Below, piece after piece: positions 25,441-40,317 of a stretch of 64,000 nucleotides of DNA. Both the position numbers and the translations under genes were made by a program. Origin of the DNA: Eledone cirrhosa. Taxonomy: Eukaryota. Under the pieces are notes generated by a model. It ran no database searches. It saw nothing but the letters and a program-made list of their open reading frames with translations, and was not told the DNA's origin. The stretch covers positions 306,776,001 to 306,840,000 of the forward strand of contig OZ024742.1 of NCBI GenBank assembly GCA_964016885.1. The letters run 5' to 3'. Positions within the stretch are counted from its first letter, which is position 1. Each line of letters starts with the position of its first letter.

Positions 25441-26169
25441 TTCCACCACCCCGTTATCGCCCTAATAATAATAATAATAGTAATAAGAATAACAAAAATA
25501 AGAATAATATTCTACACTACCCTCTTCATTATCACTTGATGTTTTTACCAGATTGCATTTTTGCGTTTGATTATCTTCCCTAAAGACATATTGCAACAAA
25601 TATCAGTGATTACAAGAGCTCTCAGATATATTTATTGTGAAGTTCCACATAAGAACTGTATCAATATCAGCTATCGAATTTTACAAGTTCTTCAAGGAGA
25701 TACTTTTCGTTCGGCAACTAATTGCGCCACAGAACATGTGGAATGTGTTCAAAACTGAGTGGTGTGGAAAGAGTTTGTGTATGTTTGTATCTGTGTATGG
25801 GTATGTGTATCTTGTCTTCGTGTATGTGTGTATGTAGATGTAAATGTATGGATATATATATATATTTATGAGTATATACATATATATTTACACACACACA
25901 CATATATTCATATACATTTATATCTACATATATATTTACACACACCCACATATATATATATACATTTATATCTACATATATATAAATACATATATACATA
26001 TATATATACACACACACATATATATATGTATACCGTGAGTGTGTGTATGCATGTGAAGGGAAGGCATATATAAAAATAGTGTGAGACAGAGGTCGATAAA
26101 TAGATACATAGATAAGTAAGTAGATTAAAGGTAATACATATACACACTCATTATATGTGTGGATGTGTG

Positions 26170-26280
<111 letters not shown>

Positions 26281-26685
26281 GTGTGTCTGCGTGATTGTGC
26301 CTATATGTTTTACATAGGTTCATATATAGACAAACAATGCCGGAGATGATGTGTGAGAGTGACCAAGTATAGAAGGTAGTGGAGTACCATCTCCTGAAGC
26401 GTAAGTCTCTATTGGCTGCAGGCGTAGTATTGCCTTTAATAACAGAAAAGGTAATTCGACGTTATTCTGTTCATGTAATGAACAGTAATAGATATGGCAA
26501 CTTGTAAATGTGTTATCTGAGTTTAATTGGTGTGTCATAAAGTGAAGAGTTTAATCTGGGACTCCAACATCACCTATGGATGTATTCATGTCATCCTGTG
26601 CCAGAAGCTTTGTCATATTTTCAATATTTTATTTAATGTAATTTTATTGCATTTTCTATATAAATTTGTTATAATAGAGAATGAT

Positions 26686-26749
<64 letters not shown>

Positions 26750-27109
26750 AGAATCACAGAGAGGGGGAGAGACAGAAAGACACACACACACGCACTAAGG
26801 TTGAGAGAAACACAGAGAGGTTGAGAAAGAGAGAGAAACACAGAGACATTGAGAGAGAGAGAGAGAAACACAGAGAGGTTGAGAGAGAGAGAGATAGTTG
26901 GCCAGGCAGATAGTCAAATCAGTAGACTCCACCAATATAAATATAAGGATATGGAGGAAGAATATCATTCTGATAGAGAGATTATATATATAGATAAAAC
27001 ATGTCAAAACAAGAATTTATATGTGAGCACATATAGCCATGTATGTGTGTGTATTGTTAGACCTCCACCCTTTCTGACGATAATTGTTCCAGTTGGTTCA
27101 ATCAATGGA

Positions 27110-27385
27110 ACTGCATTCTGGTGAAATTAGCATATAAGTGCCTGAGCATTCATCTGAAACATGTACCATTGATGTAGTTATCAGGGAGATTTAGCGTAAC
27201 ACAATGTGTGACAAAACAGGCCCTTTGAATTACAGGCACAACTCATTTTTTTGTCAGCTAAGTGCACAGAAGCAACATGAATAAAGTGTCTTGCTCAAAG
27301 ATATAGCGTACCATCCAATCCGAAAATTGAACTCACGACCTTGTGTTCGTGAATCTAGCTTACTATCTACTACACCACATGCCTT
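27110..27385 (-). mobile_element. tRNA-derived SINE (second family)
   Basis: Minus strand reads GGCATGTGGTGTAGTAG..GGTCGTGAGTTCAA..CTTTGAGCAAGACACTT. Related eroded copies lie at about 28995-29330 and 52490-52750. Confidence 0.55.
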
Positions 27386-28292
27386 CCTGAATGAGTATGC
27401 ATGTTTATGTGTGAGTGTATGTGTGTTTGTGTGTGAGTGTGTATATGTGTTTGTGTGTTTGTGTGTGAGTATGTGTATGTGTTTGTGTGGGAGTGTGTGT
27501 AACCAAACAAGCAAAACTAAAGAAACGATAAGTGATGTGGTTAGGTTCATTAGGTTACGAAAGATTTTAAATAACCAAATATAAAAACATGTATATAACT
27601 ATATGTAAAGAGGTACATGTATATAATTATATGAAACTAGCTGCATGTAAATAGCTACAGCTAAACCACATGTATGTAGCTACATGTATATAACTGCCTA
27701 TAAATATGTGGATGTAAATAATTATATGCACATAGCTAAGTGTAAATAACTACATACTGCAATTTAAAAAAGTTACACGTATATTTCACTAATGTATATA
27801 AATTATGTGCTACTTAAATAACTACATATATTTTTGTGTCTGTATTATTATTGCTATGGCACAAAAAATAATATAGAAAAGGCGAATTAGTGTAGATTTT
27901 TTAATACATCTCTTAAATGTCCGAAGATTGGAAGCGTGGAAATCGAACCAATGGCTAGATAAGTCAGCTTATATATATATATAAAAAAATTAAAGTATAG
28001 AAATTGTTGTGAGCGTGAAGCCAACAGTATTTCTTAATATATAAGTGACCATAACGTCAAAATGGAAAAATAGTTAACGTAAGATGTGGGAAAATAATTC
28101 AAACTCAATTTTAAAAAAATCAAGACATAGATTAATCCATAGAATTTTGTGAAATCCAGGGAAAAATCAATAGAGCCTTCGAAGCAATGGCTAGCTAAGT
28201 CAGCTTATATATATATATAAATTAAACGGAAAAAATGAAACGAAATTTCATTTCTCACTCTTAGTACGGCTGTTAGTACAGCAGGAAGGTAT

Positions 28293-28335
28293 ACGTTGCT
28301 GACGATAGCTAATAAGCTTGAAACTAGTACAACGT
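28293..28335 (+). ncRNA. Minimal type I hammerhead ribozyme
   Basis: ACGTTG-CTGACGA-T-AGCT(aata)AGCT-T-GAAAC-TA-GTA-CAACGT, with the ACTAGT palindrome. Confidence 0.9.
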
Positions 28336-28721
28336 TCCTTTGTCAGTGTTGAACAAACGAGCAACGATGGTTGCTAGACACTACGGCTTAACACGGGATG
28401 CTTGTTTACAAACACACCGAGCATTATAATAAATGTTCGGTGAATCCATACGTACATATATATATGTGTGCATGTATGTATATATATATATACATACTAC
28501 TGTACGTCTGTATACATATATGTATGTACGTATACATACTTATATTTAAGTATCAGCCGTACTAACAGTGAGAAATGAAATTTCGTTTCATTTTTTCCGT
28601 TTATCGTTTTCGGTACCCCGGCCGATTAACTCACTCGATATGCAAATTAGGCTGCTCAGCCGTTAATATGCATAAGGAAAGTATATACTTTCAGACGTTC
28701 AACCATCTGGCAGGAAGGTAT

Positions 28722-28764
28722 ACGTTGCTGACGATAGCTAATAAGCTTGAAACTAGTACAGCGT
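28722..28764 (+). ncRNA. Minimal type I hammerhead ribozyme (second copy)
   Basis: Identical core. Stem I is ACGTTG/CAGCGT, where the A>G change gives a U-G wobble. Confidence 0.9.
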
Positions 28765-30620
28765 TCCTTTGTCAGAGTTGAACAAACGAGCAACGATGGT
28801 TGCTAGACACTACGGCTTAATACGGGATGTTTGTTTACAAACACACCGAGCATTATAATAAATGTTCGGGGAATCCATACGTACATTTATATATGTGTGC
28901 ATGTATGTATATATATATACATACTACTGTACGTCTGTATACATATATGTATGTACGTATACATACTTATATATATAAATTAGTAAAGTAGTAGGCGCGT
29001 GTACATTTGTTGTTAGGGAGATCGTCTCACGATTGTAAGGTTATGAGCACGATTCCCGACGGTAAGTTGGGTCCTTGAGCAAGGCACACTATTTTGTATT
29101 GTTCAAGTCCTCTCAGCAGGAACAAAAGCTAGTTACACACGATTAAAAGATCCAAACTTATGACACGCTGTATCACGTAGAATCTTCGTGAGAATTACGT
29201 TAAGAACCCTCGTGTCTGTGGAATGTTCAACAAATTAAACGGTATTTCATGAGAAGTCTCTTCTGTTGAACAAGCAAGTGAAGAAACGTCGTCGGAACTG
29301 ATAGATGTCCAAGACACACCCATATACACAATTTGTATAACTGCAAGTATACAGACATGTATTCTATATAAACCGCAAGTAATGCCAATAATCCAATAAA
29401 ACAAATAATTCATGCAAAAGCCAATGTCAATTTCTTACGTCTTTAGAGTGTTGGACAAAGTACTTTGAAATGTTCCCTTATTTGGCGGTCTGATTTCAAT
29501 TTCCACAAAGTTTTCTATAAACAAAAAATAAAAACATGGGTTTATTGAGGGAGCTAACAACCACTTCTTATCTAACATCCAAGATTTAGCATCAAACCCT
29601 ACGTAACAAGATAAGAGTTTAAATAAAGAAATATTCCATGTATTTACACGGTAATCATGTATTGTTACAATTTCCTCATATTTCGATCTATATTTACGAA
29701 TGTCAACCGGATAAGAATAGCAGCAATATTTTGAAATTACATAGTAATGTCTTACACAATGAACGGCTTATTGAATAATTTAAAAGAATATCAATAGATA
29801 ATAATTTAAAGATCCGAAGCCCTTCTTATAATGCGACAGTTCGATCTGGAATGACATATGATTAAACAAAAACACAAACACACTCCAAATTTACAAATCA
29901 ACGACAAAGCCTCTATTCTGTAGCTTGACTTGCTAGAAATAGTCGCCAAGTATAATTTAAATAAATGGCTACTCTATTAATATGATATAATGTATTCCTA
30001 AATTTAAAAAAATCCTAGAAAAATGAGGGTTTGCACCCGTCTAGATGACATTTTTATTTAGGTTTAATCGTCATCAACAATATCAACAACAACGTGACGT
30101 ACGCATATGCATTTTGTTGTTGCTATTGGTACAGGTGATGATGATGCTATAGGTGATGACTACAAACATAAGTGGTAGTAATAGAGTTAGAGAAAATAGA
30201 GAGATTGAGCACGTTTGTTGCTTGGTAACAGAGTATTTCGCTGTTGTAAATTTACCGTTCGTGTTCTAAGGATTGTGAGAGACAAACAGATGTGATGAAT
30301 ATTAAAAAAGAAAACAAACAGTCACCAGAGTACGACATTGGCACACAACATTCTGGATGCCCCCTTTAAATAGAATCATTCACATCAACTTTATTAGCAG
30401 TCGACTGAGGATAGCAACCAGTACTTTACTGGGAGTCGAATTTACAGCAGTTTTAATATATACATACATAATATATAGGTTCATACATGCACACATGCAT
30501 ACATACATACATACATACATACATACATACATACATACATACATACATAATACATACATACATACATACATACATACATACATACATACATACATACATA
30601 CATACATACATACATACACG

Positions 30621-31156
30621 ATGATAGCCGCCCCCTCATTATCGAGTATGGCCATTGCACGATATACTATTATTAATAATTATTAATTAATTCTATCGTG
30701 CAATGCCTGTGCGTGAAGATATTTTTTAAAGTGGGGAAAGACTGTGCACTGAGCCAATCCCACTCTCTGAGCGACAGTAGCTATAACCCGAAAAGCAGAA
30801 TAGATCAACATCATCGGTAGCTACTGAGCCGCATGTTTTATATCGGCGTGATCCCAGTTTCCTGAGATGCCTTCTCCTAGAAGAATGCCCTGACAAAGGC
30901 TGGGTTCCTTCACTCGGAGTAGTTGAACCGCGCGGTACATATGTATATACATATTTACACACTTTCGGATGGCCGTTGACTCTTATGATTTCTTCCGCCC
31001 TTTGTCAGGTTTTGTTTTTTGTCCTGCAGGGTGTCCAAAATCACCCTCCTTATCAAGTAAACTTGGTGGGGTTGCCGGTTTAGTCGCCGACAACCCGACC
31101 TTGCGACAGGGTGTAATGGGTTAAACGTTACCAGTAGCACTCAAGAGTGACCCGAC
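30621..31156 (-). mobile_element. Bipartite RTE-type derivative copy 2, in (TACA)n
   Basis: The 5' part is homologous to 7190-7590. The 3' end ..GCAATGGCCATACTCGATAATGAG..GGCTATCAT is shared with 60090-60135. Confidence 0.7.
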
Positions 31157-31254
31157 ATTCATACATACATACATACATACATACATACATACATACATAC
31201 ATACATACATACATACATACATACGTACGTACATATACACACTCACTTTCACAA

Positions 31255-31703
31255 TCATGGAAGGCAGGAGCCTGTAGAAGGGGGGTAGATGAAAAAAACC
31301 AATCCCGCTATTTTCAATTTCGAGCTAATCCTGAAACTTGTGTAATGATCGAAAGAATACGATTCCGAATACGAGTGGCCGAAAGTGAGTTTCATCCGAA
31401 GGGTCTTTGCAGGAATGTTACTCCATTGACTAGGTAGCTCGGAGCTCAGAGAGTTGCTCCAGGTAGAGCTGCTACTTCTCCAAATAGATAGGTCAGGACA
31501 GATTTCACTGGCAAATGCAACTGGCAGGGTACCCAATAGAAGATGGTTGGATAGCATCCATCAGTTTGGCTGGTCTCGCAAGGGGATTCAAGCAAAACAG
31601 GTAGAAACGGTTGCTTCTAACAGGGTCCTCTGGAAGGACCGTCTGAGGACTCTGACCCCACTACCTTTTCAGGAATAAGTGGGTGAAGAAGAAGAAGAAG
31701 AAG
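31255..31703 (+). mobile_element. RTE-clade LINE 3' fragment with (GAA)n tail
   Basis: LLLQIDRS..GRVPNRRWLDSI..VASNRVLWK is an RTE-type C-terminus and is homologous to 54260-54760. Confidence 0.7.
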
Positions 31704-32099
31704 AATATATACAGATCTACTTTTATGTATATACACTAATATACATATATACATATATATTTATATTTATATATGTTTGTGAGAGATAGTGTGTGTGTGT
31801 GTATGTATGTATGCATGTATGTATGGATGTATGTGTGTATTTAGGTAAGCCACCTGTTGACAACTCATAACGCAAAACATATGTTACTTTTCTTTTCTAT
31901 CATTTTCTTTACTGTTTCTTGCATGATTTATTTACCTAGAAATGATGTAATATTAGCGAATATTAAAGATCTCATGCTTGGTTGATTTCCTCATTGTATT
32001 CTTTCTCAAGCCCTGCTGTTATCTTTAAATTAGAATAATTCGTTTTTATCTTCCGAAAACAATTATATTCTCATACATAAACTCATTTTTGATATGACT

Positions 32100-33100
32100 A
32101 CTATCATTTTTCTCCTAGAAAGGAAAGTGTTATACATCTTCATAGTTTCATTTTGTAAGATAACTGGAGATTCACGAGTATCACAATATTTTATCACAAG
32201 AGAATTTCAACTGGGTAGCTCGATTATGAAGAGCAGATTTAAGACTTTTATTATCTTCCGGTATATTTCATGGAGGATTGGGAGTTACATACTGAGGATT
32301 GCGTTATTATCTAAGAATATAGACCAGAGGAAGGAAATTTGCAATCTCTATATTAGAAAATGTATCTATTCCTTTCAATAATTGTAATGATGATAGCTTA
32401 CTTCAGTATGGCAAACATCGTTGCTTTTGCAACCCCGTGTTCAGACAGGATATGTACAACCAAATCGAGGATTTTGTTTACAACTTACATGTGATCCATT
32501 CTTTCAAAGCCTTCATAATTGTTCTTTTTGCATTTTATGCTCATTTCTGTCTTGATTGCCCTAACATACGATCAATATCGTTATATCATCGTATTGTTTC
32601 TATGTAGTACTAAATTTCTTAATATGCCCTTCCTGTTTAAGGAGATAAGGTGGGATTTTGAGAGAAGTTTGCTGGAATTTCTTGCACTTCGACTATGATA
32701 TAATGGCCCCCACAATGACTCCTATATACCGCTTCAACATGGTCCTCATATATGCCATCATTATCTCCGTTTTTTTGCCACCTGCATAAGTTTAATGCAC
32801 TCAAACTTCTTGATTCCACTTTGTTAATGATGTGATAACACATTAACAATATTTAGTTCGATCACAGTCAACAAAATAGGAAAATTGTACGCACGCTTGA
32901 GAGTTAGAAATAATGTGATCAACATTAAGATATACGTTCTTATACTGCTCTAGGTTATTTAATCGTCCCCTGCCACCATTCCATCTAAGAATATATTGTC
33001 GGTGGATGCCAGACTTATTATGATGATTTTTTCTAGAAAGTTATCGTAGGGTCTAAAATATCGTTGTCGGTTATATTCCAGTATAATACTACAGAACCAA
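32100..33100 (-). pseudogene. Possible highly eroded hAT transposase remnant
   Basis: Fragments LNLCRWQKNGDNDG..HCGGH (compare CRGQxYDNG..HCxxH), FVDC and FLWSIFL are present. The match is weak. Confidence 0.3.
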
Positions 33101-34619
33101 ACGTTATCTCTGGTACAGTAAATGTGTTTAATGAGCGGTCACCTATTGGGATATTTTCATTTTAATGTATATTTATTTGTTTTCCATTCCACGTAGATAC
33201 TCCCTCGTTGGCTCGATTTCAAGGAGGTAAATATTCTCGATTATGGAAATGTATTTCAATTATTGCTCTTGAACAGAAATGTTTCACTATCTCACAACAA
33301 TGTTCCCTAATAGATTAGCTGTGTGTCTCCTACCACAAAATAAATCAATATTTAGGAACACTTGTAATTCTTAGACCAGTTTTCTTATCTTAATGTTGCT
33401 GCAATATTCACATGCATTGTGATCGCTGCTCAAAATTGAATCTATTTATTTATTACATAACACAAATCAGCAGAATATTTGAAATTAAATTCCACTTCAT
33501 TTAATGTTTATATGATTGCTTGTCGCTATTTCCTTCCATTTGTGACTTGTTGTACAGTAAAGCACCAAGCTCTCAGTGAAGTTATTGCTTGATCGAAACT
33601 TTTTATTCTACTTACCGTGGTAGGAGTAACAATTGCTATTAAGTATATGCAACATTTATCTCAAAAGCTCTTCTTTCCAACCGGGAATAGTTTTGCTCTT
33701 CATTTATCAGGCGTCAATAAAATAAATGCCCCCAATATTTTCGAGTTGATACACTTGATAATGTATCAACATATATTATTCTATTGTTAGCGTGTGTGCA
33801 ATATGGCTGTGTGGTTAAGCAGCTCATTTCGTAATCACGTATTTCAGTGTCTGTGAGGTTTGTGACACCGGGTCGTGAGTAAAATTAAGTAAACAGAAGC
33901 CCTGAAAATCTCATCAGACGTTGAGTATAAGAATTTGTGTATTAGACCTAGGATGTCGAATAGTTTATCAACTCAACCTATCTATTTGTTGTCGTGCTCA
34001 AAGTTCATTCTCTCTTTCTTGTAAGCATTCCAATTTGGTGATCCCTCCCTACCCACAAGCCTCGCAGAACCTTCAAGATGACTTCATTTTCTGACTAAGT
34101 TAAATTTCCTCAATTTGTAATAATAAAAAAGAAATATTTGAGAGTCATATATTTGGAAGTTAAGCGTCAAAGTTAAAACCGTGCAAATTTGTATATTCAC
34201 ATACCAAATATTTGTAACTTACGTACAAATAATTTACCCTGAACGGTTTATTCCACTGAAGGATACTAGCGGTGGTGTTGGGTATGATGATGATAATGAT
34301 GGTTATGGTGTTGTTGTTCGTGATGATGATGATAAGGATGGTAAATATGAAGGTTGAAGAGGTATTTGTTGGTTGACACATGCTGACACGTTAATATCGT
34401 ATATTACTGGTATATAATCGATTAACCTTAGAGGGATAAAACTTAAATAGGACTCCAGAGGAATTGAACATTAGTTATACCCTAAGTATGTCTTCTTACA
34501 AACCTGTACATAGAAATAAAAGAAAAAGAAGCATTTAAATGATCTTGATACCATTTCTTATGGGTGAACAATTTAGCACAGGAATTTGAGATGTTCCCAT
34601 AGAATAACGAAATGAAGAT

Positions 34620-35800
34620 TTGGAAACATAAACAACAACAATACTATAAGCAACTTCAGCAAGGCATATAACATCGGAAATGACGATGACATTAACAACA
34701 GCATAAGCAATATCAACAATGACGACGACAACGACATCAACAACAGCATACGCAATATCAACAATGACGACATCAACAACACTAAAAACATAAACATAAA
34801 CATCAACAACAATAACATCGACAATGTCAATAACAACAACAACCGCAATATTAATAAATAAATTAATAATTTTCTCCAATTTAAATATTTTAGCTGTCAA
34901 AGCGGCAATTGCAATTTATATTACTAATTCTTCAATAACTTAATAATGTAATACACTTGATATCCTACAAAGAATTTTATAACCTAATGTCTCTATTATC
35001 GTTCTATAATGGTAGTTGATCATCAGCGTCATCATCATCATCATCATCATCATCAGCATCATCATCATCATCATTGCCGTCATAATCATCATCATCTTGG
35101 TAATTATTATCACCACCATCGTCATTATCATCATCACGACCTTCATCTTAATCATATCATCGTACTGCTTCCTCATCATCATCATCATCATCGCAATTCT
35201 ATCTTCACCACTCATCGCCGTCATGATAATGATGATGATCATCATCATCATCCTCATCATCATCACCATCATCATCATCATCGCCATCGTCATCATCATC
35301 ATCATCATCATCATTATCATCGTCGTCGTCTTGTAATGATAGTAAATAATAGTAACCAAAAAAGACAACACACAGAAAGGATAACAAAAGCATTATTAAT
35401 AACAATTAAGTTTATGATGATGACAATAAAGATAATGACACTTATAAGTGCGACATCTTCTAACGCCTCCTCCTTCTTCACATATTAATAATAATAAAAA
35501 CAATAATAATAATAATAATAATAACAATGATAATAAGTTTAATAATGATAATACCACCATCATCAACACACAATAAGAACAGCAACGACTACAACAAAAA
35601 CATCAATAATAGTAATAATAAAAATAATATTAATAACAATAATAATCGCCATCATTATCGCATTATCGTCAAGACAACCACTATCAGAATCAGTATCAAT
35701 TTTAATATTTTTATTGCTATTTCTATTTAAATTCCTATTGCCATTGCTATTATTGTCGTTGTTGTGAAATTGTCATTATTAATATTATTATTATTATTAT

Positions 35801-35884
<84 letters not shown>

Positions 35885-35917
35885 TGGTAGTGGTGGTAGT
35901 TGTAATAGTAGTTGTAA

Positions 35918-35967
<50 letters not shown>

Positions 35968-35970
35968 ATG
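34620..35970. repeat. Trinucleotide microsatellite cluster (CAA, CAT, AAT, TAG)
   Basis: Degenerate (CAA)n at about 34630-34850, (CAT)n at 35020-35330 and (TAG)n at 35801-35966. Confidence 0.92.
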
Positions 35971-37285
35971 ATATAATTGCCACAATCGACACCTTCCTTA
36001 TTCTATTGCAACGGATGTATTATGTTGTGAAATGCCCCCCCCCCCCCCCCCTGTTTCTCAATCTCCCTCTTTATTCGACCCCTAGCTTTCTATCTCTCTG
36101 TCATTTCCACTCTCCCTCTCACTCACCAAACCTTCCACCTATATCTTTACAGAGTGTGTTCATCCCCTTCCAGCCCCTCCTACTCTCACTTCCACCCATT
36201 TACATCCCTTCTCATATGCCCACCTCCATCTTTCACTATTAAAATGAAAAAAAATAAAGCGTACAAAATTTCCCCAGTTAGAGAAATGTTTCACTATTGT
36301 GGATGCTGTTTCATCTTATCCGCCACCAGAGGGCAGAAGACGCAACTTTTAAGTTGAACTAATTTTTCCCTCGATTATTCAGATAAAGGCATTTCTAATA
36401 TATACACATGAGGTTATTGAGAAATTATAAATTGATATGTAGATAAAAGAAGGGGAAGGAAGAGAGAGAATAGCAGAGAGTGAGTGAGCGAGAAAGAGAG
36501 AGTGTGTGTGAGAGAGAGAGAGAAATCTATAATGAAGAAAGGAAAATTAAATGAAGAAAGTTAGAGAGAAGTAGAAAGATGTATATAAAAGAAAAATCAG
36601 GATTATAAATGTGTGAAATACAGCGGATATTGTAAAAGAAAATATGAAGGGTAAAAATTAGAGTAATAAAGAGAGAAAAATAAAGAACAAAGGAGTTTGA
36701 GAGAAGGAGCGAGAGAGGGAGAAAGTGAGAGAGAGACTATATGTCACATGCAGTGAGATAGAGAGAGGGCCTGAAAGAAAGACAGGGAGAGAATTGAAGA
36801 GAGACGATGAGACAGATAGACGAAGTGAAGAAATGAGAAAAATACAGAGAGAGGGGGGGATAAAGATAGAAATAAAATGAGAAAAAGAGGAGATGAGAGA
36901 GAGGGAGACAAGATGAGAGATGAGAAAGATAGAGAACAAATAAAAGTATATCAAAAAGCAGAGGGGGGACAGAAAATGAAAGAGATGGGTTGGATAGAGA
37001 AATAGATTCAGGGAATGACAATAAATTATTTGGAGAAAATAAAAGGAAGGAAATGTGGAAAATGTTATGTACCAATATATATATATATGTGTGTGTGTCT
37101 TCACATTGATTCTTATTACTATATATATATAAAGAGAGAGAGATGTATGTGCATGTATGTATAAGCTATATATATATATGTGTATTTATACACACACAAA
37201 CACATATTTGTATGTCTATATTTTTATCTCTGTCTGTCTAAATTATATACAGAGAGTGAGAAGAAGATCTCATTGTATATTTATG

Positions 37286-37316
<31 letters not shown>

Positions 37317-37573
37317 AAATATATATACGTGTGTGGGTGTAAATATATATACGTGTGTATGTGTGTAAATATAGATGCATACTACTGTGTATGCATGTAT
37401 ATTGTCTTTGTGCATCTATATATGTATGTAAATTTGTAGAAAAGCGAAAGACATATCGTACTGTATGAGAGAAGGGTATGTATCATGAATGTTGTACAAC
37501 AATGTTAGCTAGTGTTAGAGATAATAGATATAACATAGATAGTAATAGTAATATGGAGAGAGAGAGAGAGATT

Positions 37574-37650
<77 letters not shown>

Positions 37651-37878
37651 TGTGCGAGAAAAACTGAAAGAATAGATTAAATTGTAAAGTGGGTTGGTAC
37701 AAACAGTGTAAAATATTAAACAAGAAAAATACATTGACGACGGATTGAGGAAATGTATAGTGGTTCCCGGAAGGTAAAATTCACATTAGCTTTATAAATT
37801 GGCAACTACAAAATGAATGAAGGAAAGGCGGAGGTGGTGATGTGTGTGTCAAAGAAAATATAAAGATGAAGGATAAAG

Positions 37879-38006
37879 AGAAGAAGAAGAAGAAGAAGAA
37901 GAAGAAGAAGAAGAAGAAGAAGAAGAAGAAGAAGAAGAAGAAGAAGAAGAAGAAGAAGAAGAAGAAGAAGAAGAAGAAGAAGAAGAAGAAGAAGAAGAAG
38001 AAGAAG
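37879..38006. repeat. (AAG)n microsatellite
   Basis: Pure AAG run. Confidence 0.97.
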
Positions 38007-38380
38007 CTGGTGGTGCAGAAGAACGACAACAAAAAACAAACAAGATGAAGACAATAAGGAAAACTAACAGCTTCACTAGCAACAACTACGAAAAGTTAAC
38101 GCAACCCCAAAATGAAGACAACAATAAATAGATAGATAACAGTGAACAATAAATGGTCTCTCAGAATGTTGAAGTTAAAGGGAGAATGAGAAAACAAGAT
38201 ATGAAAGAAAATGAAAAATTATCCCCAAAAGACAATAGATCCTTGCGCGCGCACACACACACATACACACACATAGAGACGCACATACTTACGCATGTAT
38301 GTATGTATTCAGGCATGTATGCATATGTATATATATTTATATATGTATATACATATATGTGTGTGTAAATACATATATAA

Positions 38381-38440
<60 letters not shown>

Positions 38441-38887
38441 TCGTTTCTGTGTATGTGTGTGTAGTAATGTAGCTAGATGCATACATATACATATATATCT
38501 ACATATAGACACACATATATATAGACACATACATTTAAATATATATAAATATATATATACACACACATATACATATAGAAACAAACACACCCATATCCAT
38601 ACGCACACACACACACATATATTTGTATATATATATATATATATAAGAATCCAGCCTCTATAATTTTCGGCAAAGGCAGGGAGTACGTTGCTCTGAGCAA
38701 CACCAACAGTGTGAAACAGAATCTGTCAGCTTTTCTCCCTTCTTTGCCGAAAAAAATGAAGTGACATGGTCACTACTATAAAATGATAGCGCTAGGTCTT
38801 CAAAATGTGTTTAATTAAACATACGGTATATTGCCAAATATACTATACATACATTCATGTATACATCGCTATTTCAGAGCACCAATC

Positions 38888-38938
<51 letters not shown>

Positions 38939-38941
<3 letters not shown>

Positions 38942-39546
38942 CGATATTAATAAATGGAAACTATATTTATAAAACCATATTTATTTCATTATACATATTT
39001 CAGGGATACCACATTAAATTATGGTATGCCTTCATCAGACAAAATACAATATATAACAGTTTTACAAATAGCTTAGACGTACCCTTTTAAAATGCAACCA
39101 TTACTTTTGGAGGCTGTGTGGATAGTGATTTGTTTATATTATTTTAATAAGTCATTGTGTTAAGCACAATTAGAAAAAGACGGAGAGAAAGAAAAAAAGA
39201 AAAAAGACGGAGAGAGAGAAAGAAAACCTGGAGAAATATCGGAGAGAGAGAGAAATGTATGGAGAAAAGAAAGAGATAAATAAAGATAGGAGGAAATACA
39301 AAAGAAAGAAAAAAAGAAAGAAAGAAGAAAAGCAAAGGAAAGCAACAGAGAGATATCAAGTCATCATACAGATAGAAAAACTCAAGAGAGAGAAATACTA
39401 TATAGAGAGAGGGGAAGATAATGAAAACTTTACGTCATGTCATATTAAGTTGAGTTAACAATTTATATGAAATGAATAATAAAAATATAAATATCAATAT
39501 TCATGAATGGGACATAGATATATAATATGAGAAATTAAAATAGATT

Positions 39547-39550
<4 letters not shown>
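38939..39550 (-). mobile_element. Family A copy 2 (shorter, ~170-bp deletion) with an HHR at 38982-39046
   Basis: Collinear with 2293-2903, and ends ..TAGATTTGCA like 3088. The minus strand retains CTGATGA-AGGCATACCA..GAAA-TATGTATA. Confidence 0.78.
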
Positions 39551-39599
<49 letters not shown>

Positions 39600-40227
39600 C
39601 TGAATAATATACTAAGTGTTTTTGTATATTTATTTATAAATGCCTGCGCTGTAAGTCTATAAATGTGTCACATATGTATATATATATATATATATATGTA
39701 TATACATACTATATATTTCCTCTCTCGGACACTGACTTCACAATCACACAATCGCATAGACATATGTACTAACTATACATTTTTATCTGTAAATATCTAT
39801 TTCTTCAACGTTACTCATATATTTAGTCCTGTATGTTGATTGTACATATGCCGTAATAATATGCTAGAAATAAATTATTAAAATATCCATACTATCTTTA
39901 AAACACTTCCATATTGCATTATTTTATCAGAACATAATTTTTTATGATTGTTCATATATCCGGTGATCTTGGTGTATATATTGTTGGTCTGAACTAAGTG
40001 ATACAATTCTTGTGTAATGTCTTTTTCTGTTGGATGCATATATTTTTGCTTGATATAGCACCTGGGGTGAAGGGGGACTTTCACTTGATGTCCAGTCAAT
40101 TTTATTGGCCTCTAGAGAGTTTAATCTGCTACGATTAATCGGATACTTTCTTGAAATATATATATATATAATGTGTGTGTGTGTATGTCTGTCTGTATGT
40201 ATGTATGTCTGTGTGTGTTTGTGTGTA

Positions 40228-40317
<90 letters not shown>

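Larger units (their letters stand above)
28223..28976 (+). mobile_element. Retrozyme-like element family E: two tandem HHRs 429 nt apart with a 5' inversion
   Basis: 28281-28545 repeats at 28710-28974. 28223-28272 is the reverse complement of about 28554-28602. It starts after (TA)n. Confidence 0.88.

Noticed and set aside
26309-26406. Possible host exon ending at GTAAGT
   Set aside because: There are stops in all three frames, and no recognisable protein or partner exons.
27950-28220. Direct repeat CAATGGCTAG.TAAGTCAGCTTATATA about 235 bp apart
   Set aside because: A short duplication with no structure or element identity that I could assign.
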